The translations under genes and the position numbers were made by a program. 64,000 nucleotides of DNA from the human T2T-CHM13v2.0 reference genome, Homo sapiens. Below, in pieces: positions 36,101 to 49,986 of this stretch (the stretch's first letter is position 1; every line of letters begins with the position of its first letter). The notes under the pieces were generated by a model that saw only the letters and a program-made list of their open reading frames with translations, searched no databases and was not told where the DNA came from. Where the stretch lies: the NCBI RefSeq assembly GCF_009914755.1, contig NC_060930.1; one strand, written 5' to 3'.

Positions 36101-39100
36101 CAGAAACTCCTTTGTGATGTGTGCATTCAATTCAAAGAGTGAAACCTCCCTTTTCACAGAGCAGTTTTGAAACACTGTTTTTGTAGGATTTCCAAGGGGA
36201 TATTTATAGCGCATTGAGCCTACGGCGGAAAAAGAAACATCTTCCTATAAAAACTAGACAGAATACTTCTCAGAATCTGCTTTGCGATGTGTGCGTTCAA
36301 CTCACAGAGTAAAACTTTTCTTTTGATAGAGCAGTTTTGAAACACTCTTTTTGTAGTATTTGCATGTGTATATTTAGAGCGCATTGAAGCCCACAGTAGA
36401 AAAGGAAGTAACTTCACCTAAAACCTAGACAGAAGCAATCACAGAAACTACTTTGTGATGTGTACATTCAACTCACAGAGTGGAACTTTCCTCTTTATAG
36501 AGCAGTGTTGAAACACTCTTTTTGTAGAAACTGCAAGTGGATATTTGGACCTCTTTGAGGCCTTCGTTGGAAACGGGATTTCTTCCTATAACCCTAGACA
36601 GAAGAATTTTCAGAAACCTCATTGTGATGTGTGCGTTCATCTCACAGAGTGGAGTCTTCCGTTTGATAGAGAAGTTTTGAAACCCTGTTCTTGTAGGATT
36701 TCCAAGTGGATATTTAGACCACTTTGAAGCCTATGATAGAAAAGGAAACATCTTCATGGAAAACATAGATAGAATCATCCTCAGAAACAACTTTGTGATG
36801 TGTGCGTTGAACTCACCGTCTTTAACCTTTCTTTTGGTAGAGAAGTTTTGAAACACTCTCTTTGTAAAGTCTACAAGTGGATATTTTGAGCCCTTGGAGG
36901 CATTCTTTGGAAAAGGGAATGTCTTCACATAAAAGGCAGACGGAAGTGTTCTCAGAAACTGCTTTGTGATGTCTGTGTTCAACTCACAGAGTTTAACATT
37001 TCCTTTGATAGAGCGGTTTAGTAACCCTCTCTTTGTAGAATTTGGAAGTGTATACTAAGAGCGCTTTGAGGCCTATGGTAGAAAAGGAAATATCTTTCCA
37101 TAAAAGCTAGACAGAAGCAATCTCAGAAACTCCTCTGTGATGTCTGCATTCAACTCACCGAGTGGAACATTCCTCTTGATAGAGCAGTTTGGAAACACTC
37201 TTTCTGTAGAATCAGCTTGTTTGTATTTGGACCTCCTTGAGGCCTTCGTTGGAAACGGGTTTTCATCTTATAAACCCAGACAGAAGAATTCTCAGAGTCT
37301 TCTTTGTGATGTGTGCTTTCAACTCACCGAGATAAAGATTTCTCTTGATAGAGCAATTTGGAAACACTCTTTTTGTAGAATTTGCAAGGGTACATTGAGA
37401 GCGCTTTCAGGCCTATGGTAGAAAAGGGAATATCTTTCCATAAAAGGTAGACAGAAGCAATCTCAGAAACTACTTTGTGATGTGTGCATTCAACTCACCG
37501 AGTGCAACGTTCCTCTTGACCGAGCAGTTTGGAAACATTGTTTCTGTAGAATCTGCAAGTGGATATTTGGACCTCTTTGAGGCCTTCGTTGGAAACGGGA
37601 TTTCTTCCTATAAACCCAGACAGAAGAATTCTCAGAGACTTCTTTGTGATGTGTGAATTCAACTCACAGTGTGGATCCTTCCTTTTGATAGAGCAGTTTT
37701 GAAACCCTGTTTTTGTAGTATTTCCAAGCGGATATTTGGAACGCCTTGAAGCGTATGGTAGAAAAGGAAATATCTTCCCATAAAACCTAGACAGAACCAA
37801 TCTCAGAAACGACTTTGTGATGTCTGCATTCAAGTCACAGAGTTGAACATTTCTCTTGATAGAGCAGTTTTGAAACCCTCTTTCTGAAGGATCTGCAAGT
37901 GGATATTTGGAACTCCTTTGGGTCTTCGTTGGAAACGGGATTTCTTCGTATAAATCTAGACAGAAGAATTCTCCGAAACTTCTTTGGTTGTGTGCATTCA
38001 AGTCACAGAGTGGAACCTTCCTTTGGATAGAGCAGTTTGAAACGCCGTGGTTGTAGTATTTCCAAGCGGATATTAGAGCGCCTTGAGGCCTATGGTAGAA
38101 AAGGAAATATCTTCCCATAAAACCTAGACGGAAGCAATCTCAGAAACTACTGTGTGATGGCTGCATTCCACACACACGGTGGAACATTTCTCTTGATAGA
38201 GCAGTTTTGAAACACTCTTTCTGTAGAATCTGCAAGTGGATAATTGGACCGCCTTGAGGCCTTCGTTGGAAACGGGATTTCTTCATGTTACTCTAGATAG
38301 AAGAATTCTCAAACACTGCTATGTGATGTTTGCATTCAAGTCACAGAGTGCAACATTCCTCTTGGTAGAGCAGTTGGGAAACACTCCTTTTGTAGAATCT
38401 GCAATGGGATATTTGGACTTCTTTGAGGCCTTCGTTGGAAACGGGATTTCTTCGTATGAATCTAGACAGAAGAATTCTCAGAAACTTCCTTGTGATGTGT
38501 GCATTCAACTCAGCGAGTGGCACCTTCCTTTGGATACAGCAGTTTTGAAACACTGTTTTTGTAGTATTTCCAAGCGGATATTTAGAGCGCCTTGAAGCCT
38601 ATGCTAGAAATGGAAATATCTCCCCATAAAACCAAGACAGAAGCAATCTCAGAAACTAATGTGTGATGGCTGCATTCCACACACACGGTGGACCATTTCT
38701 CTTGATAGAGCAGTTTTGAAACACTCTTTCTGTAGAATCTGCAAGTGGATAATTGGACCTCCGAGAGGCCTTCGTTGGAAACGGGATTTCTTCATCTAAA
38801 CCTACAGAGAAGAATTCTCAGTAACTTCTTCGGATGTGTGCATTCGACTCACAGAATGGAACATTCCCTTTGATAGAGCAGTTTTGAGACACCGTTTTTG
38901 TAGAATTCCCAAGTGGATATTTAGAGCACTTTGAAGTCTCTGCTAGAAAAGGAAACATCTTCATGTAAAAAGTAGATAGAATCGTTCTCAGAAAGTGCTT
39001 AGTGACGTGTGCGTTCAACTCACAGAGTTTAACGTTTCTTTTGATAGAGCGTTTCTGAAACACCCTTCTTGTAGTAGCTGCAAGTGGATATTTGGACCTA

Positions 39101-42100
39101 TTGGAGGCCTTCTTTGGAAATGGGATTTCTTCATGTAACTCTAGATTGAAGAGTTCTCAGAAACTCCTTTGTGATGTGTGCATTCAATTCAAAGAGTGAA
39201 ACCTCCCTTTTCACAGAGCAGTTTTGAAACACTGTTTTTGTAGGATTTCCAAGGGGATATTTATAGCGCATTGAGCCTACGGCGGAAAAAGAAACATCTT
39301 CCTATAAAAACTAGACAGAATACTTCTCAGAATCTGCTTTGCGATGTGTGCGTTCAACTCACAGAGTAAAACTTTTCTTTTGATAGAGCAGTTTTGAAAC
39401 ACTCTTTTTGTAGTATTTGCATGTGTATATTTAGAGCGCATTGAAGCCCACAGTAGAAAAGGAAGTAACTTCACCTAAAACCTAGACAGAAGCAATCACA
39501 GAAACTACTTTGTGATGTGTACATTCAACTCACAGAGTGGAACTTTCCTCTTTATAGAGCAGTGTTGAAACACTCTTTTTGTAGAAACTGCAAGTGGATA
39601 TTTGGACCTCTTTGAGGCCTTCGTTGGAAACGGGATTTCTTCCTATAACCCTAGACAGAAGAATTTTCAGAAACCTCATTGTGATGTGTGCGTTCATCTC
39701 ACAGAGTGGAGTCTTCCGTTTGATAGAGAAGTTTTGAAACCCTGTTCTTGTAGGATTTCCAAGTGGATATTTAGACCACTTTGAAGCCTATGATAGAAAA
39801 GGAAACATCTTCATGGAAAACATAGATAGAATCATCCTCAGAAACAACTTTGTGATGTGTGCGTTGAACTCACCGTCTTTAACCTTTCTTTTGGTAGAGA
39901 AGTTTTGAAACACTCTCTTTGTAAAGTCTACAAGTGGATATTTTGAGCCCTTGGAGGCATTCTTTGGAAAAGGGAATGTCTTCACATAAAAGGCAGACGG
40001 AAGTGTTCTCAGAAACTGCTTTGTGATGTCTGTGTTCAACTCACAGAGTTTAACATTTCCTTTGATAGAGCGGTTTAGTAACCCTCTCTTTGTAGAATTT
40101 GGAAGTGTATACTAAGAGCGCTTTGAGGCCTATGGTAGAAAAGGAAATATCTTTCCATAAAAGCTAGACAGAAGCAATCTCAGAAACTCCTCTGTGATGT
40201 CTGCATTCAACTCACCGAGTGGAACATTCCTCTTGAGAGAGCAGTTTGGAAACACTCTTTCTGTAGAATCAGCTTGTTTGTATTTGGACCTCCTTGAGGC
40301 CTTCGTTGGAAACGGGTTTTCATCTTATAAACCCAGACAGAAGAATTCTCAGAGTCTTCTTTGTGATGTGTGCTTTCAACTCACCGAGATAAAGATTTCT
40401 CTTGATAGAGCAATTTGGAAACACTCTTTTTGTAGAATTTGCAAGGGTACATTGAGAGCGCTTTCAGGCCTATGGTAGAAAAGGGAATATCTTTCCATAA
40501 AAGGTAGACAGAAGCAATCTCAGAAACTACTTTGTGATGTGTGCATTCAACTCACCGAGTGCAACGTTCCTCTTGACCGAGCAGTTTGGAAACATTGTTT
40601 CTGTAGAATCTGCAAGTGGATATTTGGACCTCTTTGAGGCCTTCGTTGGAAACGGGATTTCTTCCTATAAACCCAGACAGAAGAATTCTCAGAGACTTCT
40701 TTGTGATGTGTGAATTCAACTCACAGTGTGGATCCTTCCTTTTGATAGAGCAGTTTTGAAACCCTGTTTTTGTAGTATTTCCAAGCGGATATTTGGAACG
40801 CCTTGAAGCGTATGGTAGAAAAGGAAATATCTTCCCATAAAACCTAGACAGAACCAATCTCAGAAACGACTTTGTGATGTCTGCATTCAAGTCACAGAGT
40901 TGAACATTTCTCTTGATAGAGCAGTTTTGAAACCCTCTTTCTGAAGGATCTGCAAGTGGATATTTGGAACTCCTTTGGGTCTTCGTTGGAAACGGGATTT
41001 CTTCGTATAAATCTAGACAGAAGAATTCTCCGAAACTTCTTTGGTTGTGTGCATTCAAGTCACAGAGTGGAACCTTCCTTTGGATAGAGCAGTTTGAAAC
41101 GCCGTGGTTGTAGTATTTCCAAGCGGATATTAGAGCGCCTTGAGGCCTATGGTAGAAAAGGAAATATCTTCCCATAAAACCTAGACGGAAGCAATCTCAG
41201 AAACTACTGTGTGATGGCTGCATTCCACACACACGGTGGAACATTTCTCTTGATAGAGCAGTTTTGAAACACTCTTTCTGTAGAATCTGCAAGTGGATAA
41301 TTGGACCGCCTTGAGGCCTTCGTTGGAAACGGGATTTCTTCATGTTACTCTAGATAGAAGAATTCTCAAACACTGCTATGTGATGTTTGCATTCAAGTCA
41401 CAGAGTGCAACATTCCTCTTGGTAGAGCAGTTGGGAAACACTCCTTTTGTAGAATCTGCAATGGGATATTTGGACTTCTTTGAGGCCTTCGTTGGAAACG
41501 GGATTTCTTCGTATGAATCTAGACAGAAGAATTCTCAGAAACTTCCTTGTGATGTGTGCATTCAACTCAGCGAGTGGCACCTTCCTTTGGATACAGCAGT
41601 TTTGAAACACTGTTTTTGTAGTATTTCCAAGCGGATATTTAGAGCGCCTTGAAGCCTATGCTAGAAATGGAAATATCTCCCCATAAAACCAAGACAGAAG
41701 CAATCTCAGAAACTAATGTGTGATGGCTGCATTCCACACACACGGTGGACCATTTCTCTTGATAGAGCAGTTTTGAAACACTCTTTCTGTAGAATCTGCA
41801 AGTGGATAATTGGACCTCCGAGAGGCCTTCGTTGGAAACGGGATTTCTTCATCTAAACCTACAGAGAAGAATTCTCAGTAACTTCTTCGGATGTGTGCAT
41901 TCGACTCACAGAATGGAACATTCCCTTTGATAGAGCAGTTTTGAGACACCGTTTTTGTAGAATTCCCAAGTGGATATTTAGAGCACTTTGAAGTCTCTGC
42001 TAGAAAAGGAAACATCTTCATGTAAAAAGTAGATAGAATCGTTCTCAGAAAGTGCTTAGTGACGTGTGCGTTCAACTCACAGAGTTTAACGTTTCTTTTG

Positions 42101-42333
42101 ATAGAGCGTTTCTGAAACACCCTTCTTGTAGTAGCTGCAAGTGGATATTTGGACCTATTGGAGGCCTTCTTTGGAAATGGGATTTCTTCATGTAACTCTA
42201 GATTGAAGAGTTCTCAGAAACTCCTTTGTGATGTGTGCATTCAATTCAAAGAGTGAAACCTCCCTTTTCACAGAGCAGTTTTGAAACACTGTTTTTGTAG
42301 GATTTCCAAGGGGATATTTATAGCGCATTGAGC
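33163..42333 (+). repeat. Three tandem 18-mer HORs (U13-U15)
   Basis: Anchor at 33163, 36220, 39277, 42334. Confidence 0.95.
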
Positions 42334-45300
42334 CTACGGCGGAAAAAGAAACATCTTCCTATAAAAACTAGACAGAATACTTCTCAGAATCTGCTTTGCG
42401 ATGTGTGCGTTCAACTCACAGAGTAAAACTTTTCTTTTGATAGAGCAGTTTTGAAACACTCTTTTTGTAGTATTTGCATGTGTATATTTAGAGCGCATTG
42501 AAGCCCACAGTAGAAAAGGAAGTAACTTCACCTAAAACCTAGACAGAAGCAATCACAGAAACTACTTTGTGATGTGTACATTCAACTCACAGAGTGGAAC
42601 TTTCCTCTTTATAGAGCAGTGTTGAAACACTCTTTTTGTAGAAACTGCAAGTGGATATTTGGACCTCTTTGAGGCCTTCGTTGGAAACGGGATTTCTTCC
42701 TATAACCCTAGACAGAAGAATTTTCAGAAACCTCATTGTGATGTGTGCGTTCATCTCACAGAGTGGAGTCTTCCGTTTGATAGAGAAGTTTTGAAACCCT
42801 GTTCTTGTAGGATTTCCAAGTGGATATTTAGACCACTTTGAAGCCTATGATAGAAAAGGAAACATCTTCATGGAAAACATAGATAGAATCATCCTCAGAA
42901 ACAACTTTGTGATGTGTGCGTTGAACTCACCATCTTTAACCTTTCTTTTGGTAGAGAAGTTTTGAAACACTCTCTTTGTAAAGTCTACAAGTGGATATTT
43001 TGAGCCCTTGGAGGCATTCTTTGGAAAAGGGAATGTCTTCACATAAAAGGCAGACGGAAGTGTTCTCAGAAACTGCTTTGTGATGTCTGTGTTCAACTCA
43101 CAGAGTTTAACATTTCCTTTGATAGAGCGGTTTAGTAACCCTCTCTTTGTAGAATTTGGAAGTGTATACTAAGAGCGCTTTGAGGCCTATGGTAGAAAAG
43201 GAAATATCTTTCCATAAAAGCTAGACAGAAGCAATCTCAGAAACTCCTCTGTGATGTCTGCATTCAACTCACCGAGTGGAACATTCCTCTTGAGAGAGCA
43301 GTTTGGAAACACTCTTTCTGTAGAATCAGCTTGTTTGTATTTGGACCTCCTTGAGGCCTTCGTTGGAAACGGGTTTTCATCTTATAAACCCAGACAGAAG
43401 AATTCTCAGAGTCTTCTTTGTGATGTGTGCTTTCAACTCACCGAGATAAAGATTTCTCTTGATAGAGCAATTTGGAAACACTCTTTTTGTAGAATTTGCA
43501 AGGGTACATTGAGAGCGCTTTCAGGCCTATGGTAGAAAAGGGAATATCTTTCCATAAAAGGTAGACAGAAGCAATCTCAGAAACTACTTTGTGATGTGTG
43601 CATTCAACTCACCGAGTGCAACGTTCCTCTTGACCGAGCAGTTTGGAAACATTGTTTCTGTAGAATCTGCAAGTGGATATTTGGACCTCTTTGAGGCCTT
43701 CGTTGGAAACGGGATTTCTTCCTATAAACCCAGACAGAAGAATTCTCAGAGACTTCTTTGTGATGTGTGAATTCAACTCACAGTGTGGATCCTTCCTTTT
43801 GATAGAGCAGTTTTGAAACCCTGTTTTTGTAGTATTTCCAAGCGGATATTTGGAACGCCTTGAAGCGTATGGTAGAAAAGGAAATATCTTCCCATAAAAC
43901 CTAGACAGAACCAATCTCAGAAACGACTTTGTGATGTCTGCATTCAAGTCACAGAGTTGAACATTTCTCTTGATAGAGCAGTTTTGAAACCCTCTTTCTG
44001 AAGGATCTGCAAGTGGATATTTGGAACTCCTTTGGGTCTTCGTTGGAAACGGGATTTCTTCGTATAAATCTAGACAGAAGAATTCTCAGAAACTTCCTTG
44101 TGATGTGTGCATTCAACTCAGCGAGTGGCACCTTCCTTTGGATACAGCAGTTTTGAAACACTGTTTTTGTAGTATTTCCAAGCGGATATTTAGAGCGCCT
44201 TGAAGCCTATGCTAGAAATGGAAATATCTCCCCATAAAACCAAGACGGAAGCAATCTCAGAAACTAATGTGTGATGGCTGCATTCCACACACACGGTGGA
44301 CCATTTCTCTTGATAGAGCAGTTTTGAAACACTCTTTCTGTAGAATCTGCAAGTGGATAATTGGACCTCCTAGAGGCCTTCGTTGGAAACGGGATTTCTT
44401 CATCTAAACCTACAGAGAAGTATTCTCAGTAACTTCTTCGGATGTGTGCATTCGACGCACAGAATGGAACATTCCCTTTGATAGAGCAGTTTTGAGACAC
44501 CGTTTTTGTAGAATTCCCAAGTGGATATTTAGAGCACTTTGAAGTCTCTGCTAGAAAAGGAAACATCTTCATGTAAAAAGTAGATAGAATCGTTCTCAGA
44601 AAGTGCTTAGTGTCGTGTGCGTTCAACTCACAGAGTTTAACATTTCTTTTGATAGAGCGTTTCTGAAACACCCTTCTTGTAGTAGCTGCAAGTGGATATT
44701 TGGACCTATTGGAGGCCTTCTTTGGAAATGGGATTTCTTCATGTAACTCTAGATTGAAGAATTCTCAGAAACTCCTTTGTGATGTGTGCATTCAATTCAA
44801 AGAGTGAAACCTCTCTTTTCACAGAGCAGTTTTGAAACACTGTTTTTGTAGGATTTCCAAGGGGATATTTATAGCGCATTGAGCCTACGGCGGAAAAAGA
44901 AACATCTTCCTATAAAAACTAGACAGAATACTTCTCAGAATCTGCTTTGCGATGTGTGCGTTCAACTCACAGAGTAAAACTTTTCTTTTGATAGAGCAGT
45001 TTTGAAACACTCTTTTTGTAGTATTTGCATGTGTATATTTAGAGCGCATTGAAGCCCACAGTAGAAAAGGAAGTAACTTCACCTAAAACCTAGACAGAAG
45101 CAATCACAGAAACTACTTTGTGATGTGTACATTCAACTCACAGAGTGGAACTTTCCTCTTTATAGAGCAGTGTTGAAACACTCTTTTTGTAGAAACTGCA
45201 AGTGGATATTTGGACCTCTTTGAGGCCTTCGTTGGAAACGGGATTTCTTCCTATAACCCTAGACAGAAGAATTTTCAGAAACCTCATTGTGATGTGTGCG

Positions 45301-48300
45301 TTCATCTCACAGAGTGGAGTCTTCCGTTTGATAGAGAAGTTTTGAAACCCTGTTCTTGTAGGATTTCCAAGTGGATATTTAGACCACTTTGAAGCCTATG
45401 ATAGAAAAGGAAACATCTTCATGGAAAACATAGATAGAATCATCCTCAGAAACAACTTTGTGATGTGTGCGTTGAACTCACCGTCTTTAACCTTTCTTTT
45501 GGTAGAGAAGTTTTGAAACACTCTCTTTGTAAAGTCTACAAGTGGATATTTTGAGCCCTTGGAGGCATTCTTTGGAAAAGGGAATGTCTTCACATAAAAG
45601 GCAGACGGAAGTGTTCTCAGAAACTGCTTTGTGATGTCTGTGTTCAACTCACAGAGTTTAACATTTCCTTTGATAGAGCGGTTTAGTAACCCTCTCTTTG
45701 TAGAATTTGGAAGTGTATACTAAGAGCGCTTTGAGGCCTATGGTAGAAAAGGAAATATCTTTCCATAAAAGCTAGACAGAAGCAATCTCAGAAACTCCTC
45801 TGTGATGTCTGCATTCAACTCACCGAGTGGAACATTCCTCTTGAGAGAGCAGTTTGGAAACACTCTTTCTGTAGAATCAGCTTGTTTGTATTTGGACCTC
45901 CTTGAGGCCTTCGTTGGAAACGGGTTTTCATCTTATAAACCCAGACAGAAGAATTCTCAGAGTCTTCTTTGTGATGTGTGCTTTCAACTCACCGAGATAA
46001 AGATTTCTCTTGATAGAGCAATTTGGAAACACTCTTTTTGTAGAATTTGCAAGGGTACATTGAGAGCGCTTTCAGGCCTATGGTAGAAAAGGAAATATCT
46101 TTCCATAAAAGGTAGACAGAAGCAATCTCAGAAACTACTTTGTGATGTGTGCATTCAACTCACCGAGTGCAACGTTCCTCTTGACCGAGCAGTTTGGAAA
46201 CATTGTTTCTGTAGAATCTGCAAGTGGATATTTGGACCTCTTTGAGGCCTTCGTTGGAAACGGGATTTCTTCCTATAAACCCAGACAGAAGAATTCTCAG
46301 AGACTTCTTTGTGATGTGTGAATTCAACTCACAGTGTGGATCCTTCCTTTTGATAGAGCAGTTTTGAAACCCTGTTTTTGTAGTATTTCCAAGCGGATAT
46401 TTGGAACGCCTTGAAGCATATGGTAGAAAAGGAAATATCTTCCCATAAAACCTAGACAGAACCAATCTCAGAAACGACTTTGTGATGTCTGCATTCAAGT
46501 CACAGAGTTGAACATTTCTCTTGATAGAGCAGTTTTGAAACCCTCTTTCTGAAGGATCTGCAAGTGGATATTTGGAACTCCTTTGGGTCTTCGTTGGAAA
46601 CGGGATTTCTTCGTATAAATCTAGACAGAAGAATTCTCCGAAACTTCCTTGTGATGTGTGCATTCAACTCAGCGAGTGGCACCTTCCTTTGGATACAGCA
46701 GTTTTGAAACACTGTTTTTGTAGTATTTCCAAGCGGATATTTAGAGCGCCTTGAAGCCTATGCTAGAAATGGAAATATCTCCCCATAAAACCAAGACGGA
46801 AGCAATCTCAGAAACTAATGTGTGATGGCTGCATTCCACACACACGGTGGACCATTTCTCTTGATAGAGCAGTTTTGAAACACTCTTTCTGTAGAATCTG
46901 CAAGTGGATAATTGGACCTCCTAGAGGCCTTCGTTGGAAACGGGATTTCTTCATCTAAACCTACAGAGAAGTATTCTCAGTAACTTCTTCGGATGTGTGC
47001 ATTCGACGCACAGAATGGAACATTCCCTTTGATAGAGCAGTTTTGAGACACCGTTTTTGTAGAATTCCCAAGTGGATATTTAGAGCACTTTGAAGTCTCT
47101 GCTAGAAAAGGAAACATCTTCATGTAAAAAGTAGATAGAATCGTTCTCAGAAAGTGCTTAGTGTCGTGTGCGTTCAACTCACAGAGTTTAACGTTTCTTT
47201 TGATAGAGCGTTTCTGAAACACCCTTCTTGTAGTAGCTGCAAGTGGATATTTGGACCTATTGGAGGCCTTCTTTGGAAATGGGATTTCTTCATGTAACTC
47301 TAGATTGAAGAATTCTCAGAAACTCCTTTGTGATGTGTGCATTCAATTCAAAGAGTGAAACCTCTCTTTTCACAGAGCAGTTTTGAAACACTGTTTTTGT
47401 AGGATTTCCAAGGGGATATTTATAGCGCATTGAGCCTACGGCGGAAAAAGAAACATCTTCCTATAAAAACTAGACAGAATACTTCTCAGAATCTGCTTTG
47501 CGATGTGTGCGTTCAACTCACAGAGTAAAACTTTTCTTTTGATAGAGCAGTTTTGAAACACTCTTTTTGTAGTATTTGCATGTGTATATTTAGAGCGCAT
47601 TGAAGCCCACAGTAGAAAAGGAAATAACTTCACCTAAAACCTAGACAGAAGCAATCTCAGAAACTACTTTGTGATGTGTACATTCAACTCACAGAGTGGA
47701 ACTTTCCTCTTTATAGAGCAGTGTTGAAACACTCTTTTTGTAGAAACTGCAAGTGGATATTTGGACCTCTTTGAGGCCTTCGTTGGAAACGGGATTTCTT
47801 CCTATAACCCTAGACAGAAGAATTTTCAGAAACCTCATTGTGATGTGTGCGTTCATCTCACAGAGTGGAGTCTTCCGTTTGATAGAGAAGTTTTGAAACC
47901 CTGTTCTTGTAGGATTTCCAAGTGGATATTTAGACCACTTTGAAGCCTATGATAGAAAAGGAAACATCTTCATGGAAAACATAGATAGAATCATCCTCAG
48001 AAACAACTTTGTGATGTGTGCGTTGAACTCACCGTCTTTAACCTTTCTTTTGGTAGAGAAGTTTTGAAACACTCTCTTTGTAAAGTCTACAAGTGGATAT
48101 TTTGAGCCCTTGGAGGCATTCTTTGGAAAAGGGAATGTCTTCACATAAAAGGCAGACGGAAGTGTTCTCAGAAACTGCTTTGTGATGTCTGTGTTCAACT
48201 CACAGAGTTTAACATTTCCTTTGATAGAGCGGTTTAGTAACCCTCTCTTTGTAGAATTTGGAAGTGTATACTAAGAGCGCTTTGAGGCCTATGGTAGAAA

Positions 48301-49986
48301 AGGAAATATCTTTCCATAAAAGCTAGACAGAAGCAATCTCAGAAACTCCTCTGTGATGTCTGCATTCAACTCACCGAGTGGAACATTCCTCTTGAGAGAG
48401 CAGTTTGGAAACACTCTTTCTGTAGAATCAGCTTGTTTGTATTTGGACCTCCTTGAGGCCTTCGTTGGAAACGGGTTTTCATCTTATAAACCCAGACAGA
48501 AGAATTCTCAGAGTCTTCTTTGTGATGTGTGCTTTCAACTCACCGAGATAAAGATTTCTCTTGATAGAGCAATTTGGAAACACTCTTTTTGTAGAATTTG
48601 CAAGGGTACATTGAGAGCGCTTTCAGGCCTATGGTAGAAAAGGGAATATCTTTCCATAAAAGGTAGACAGAAGCAATCTCAGAAACTACTTTGTGATGTG
48701 TGCATTCAACTCACCGAGTGCAACGTTCCTCTTGACCGAGCAGTTTGGAAACATTGTTTCTGTAGAATCTGCAAGTGGATATTTGGACCTCTTTGAGGCC
48801 TTCGTTGGAAACGGGATTTCTTCCTATAAACCCAGACAGAAGAATTCTCAGAGACTTCTTTGTGATGTGTGAATTCAACTCACAGTGTGGATCCTTCCTT
48901 TTGATAGAGCAGTTTTGAAACCCTGTTTTTGTAGTATTTCCAAGCGGATATTTGGAACGCCTTGAAGCGTATGGTAGAAAAGGAAATATCTTCCCATAAA
49001 ACCTAGACAGAACCAATCTCAGAAACGACTTTGTGATGTCTGCATTCAAGTCACAGAGTTGAACATTTCTCTTGATAGAGCAGTTTTGAAACCCTCTTTC
49101 TGAAGGATCTGCAAGTGGATATTTGGAACTCCTTTGGGACTTCGTTGGAAACGGGATTTCTTCGTATAAATCTAGACAGAAGAATTCTCAGAAACTTCCT
49201 TGTGATGTGTGCATTCAACTCAGCGAGTGGCACCTTCCTTTGGATACAGCAGTTTTGAAACACTGTTTTTGTAGTATTTCCAAGCGGATATTTAGAGCGC
49301 CTTGAAGCCTATGCTAGAAATGGAAATATCTCCCCATAAAACCAAGACGGAAGCAATCTCAGAAACTAATGTGTGATGGCTGCATTCCACACACACGGTG
49401 GACCATTTCTCTTGATAGAGCAGTTTTGAAACACTCTTTCCGTAGAATCTGCAAGTGGATAATTGGACCTCCTAGAGGCCTTCGTTGGAAACGGGATTTC
49501 TTCATCTAAACCTACAGAGAAGTATTCTCAGTAACTTCTTCGGATGTGTGCATTCGACGCACAGAATGGAACATTCCCTTTGATAGAGCAGTTTTGAGAC
49601 ACCGTTTTTGTAGAATTCCCAAGTGGATATTTAGAGCACTTTGAAGTCTCTGCTAGAAAAGGAAACATCTTCACGTAAAAAGTAGATAGAATCGTTCTCA
49701 GAAAGTGCTTAGTGTCGTGTGCGTTCAACTCACAGAGTTTAACGTTTCTTTTGATAGAGCGTTTCTGAAACACCCTTCTTGTAGTAGCTGCAAGTGGATA
49801 TTTGGACCTATTGGAGGCCTTCTTTGGAAATGGGATTTCTTCATGTAACTCTAGAGTGAAGAATTCTCAGAAACTCCTTTGTGATGTGTGCATTCAATTC
49901 AAAGAGTGAAACCTCTCTTTTCACAGAGCTGTTTTGAAACACTGTTTTTGTAGGATTTCCAAGGGGATATTTATAGCGCATTGAGC
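42334..49986 (+). repeat. Three tandem 15-mer HORs (U16-U18)
   Basis: Anchor at 42334, 44885, 47436, 49987. Confidence 0.95.

Noticed and set aside
362-49986. Strict super-period of (15x3)(18x3)
   Set aside because: The pattern at 362-17185 is not repeated regularly. The later block is 18x3 then 15x3 and carries different diagnostic SNVs.
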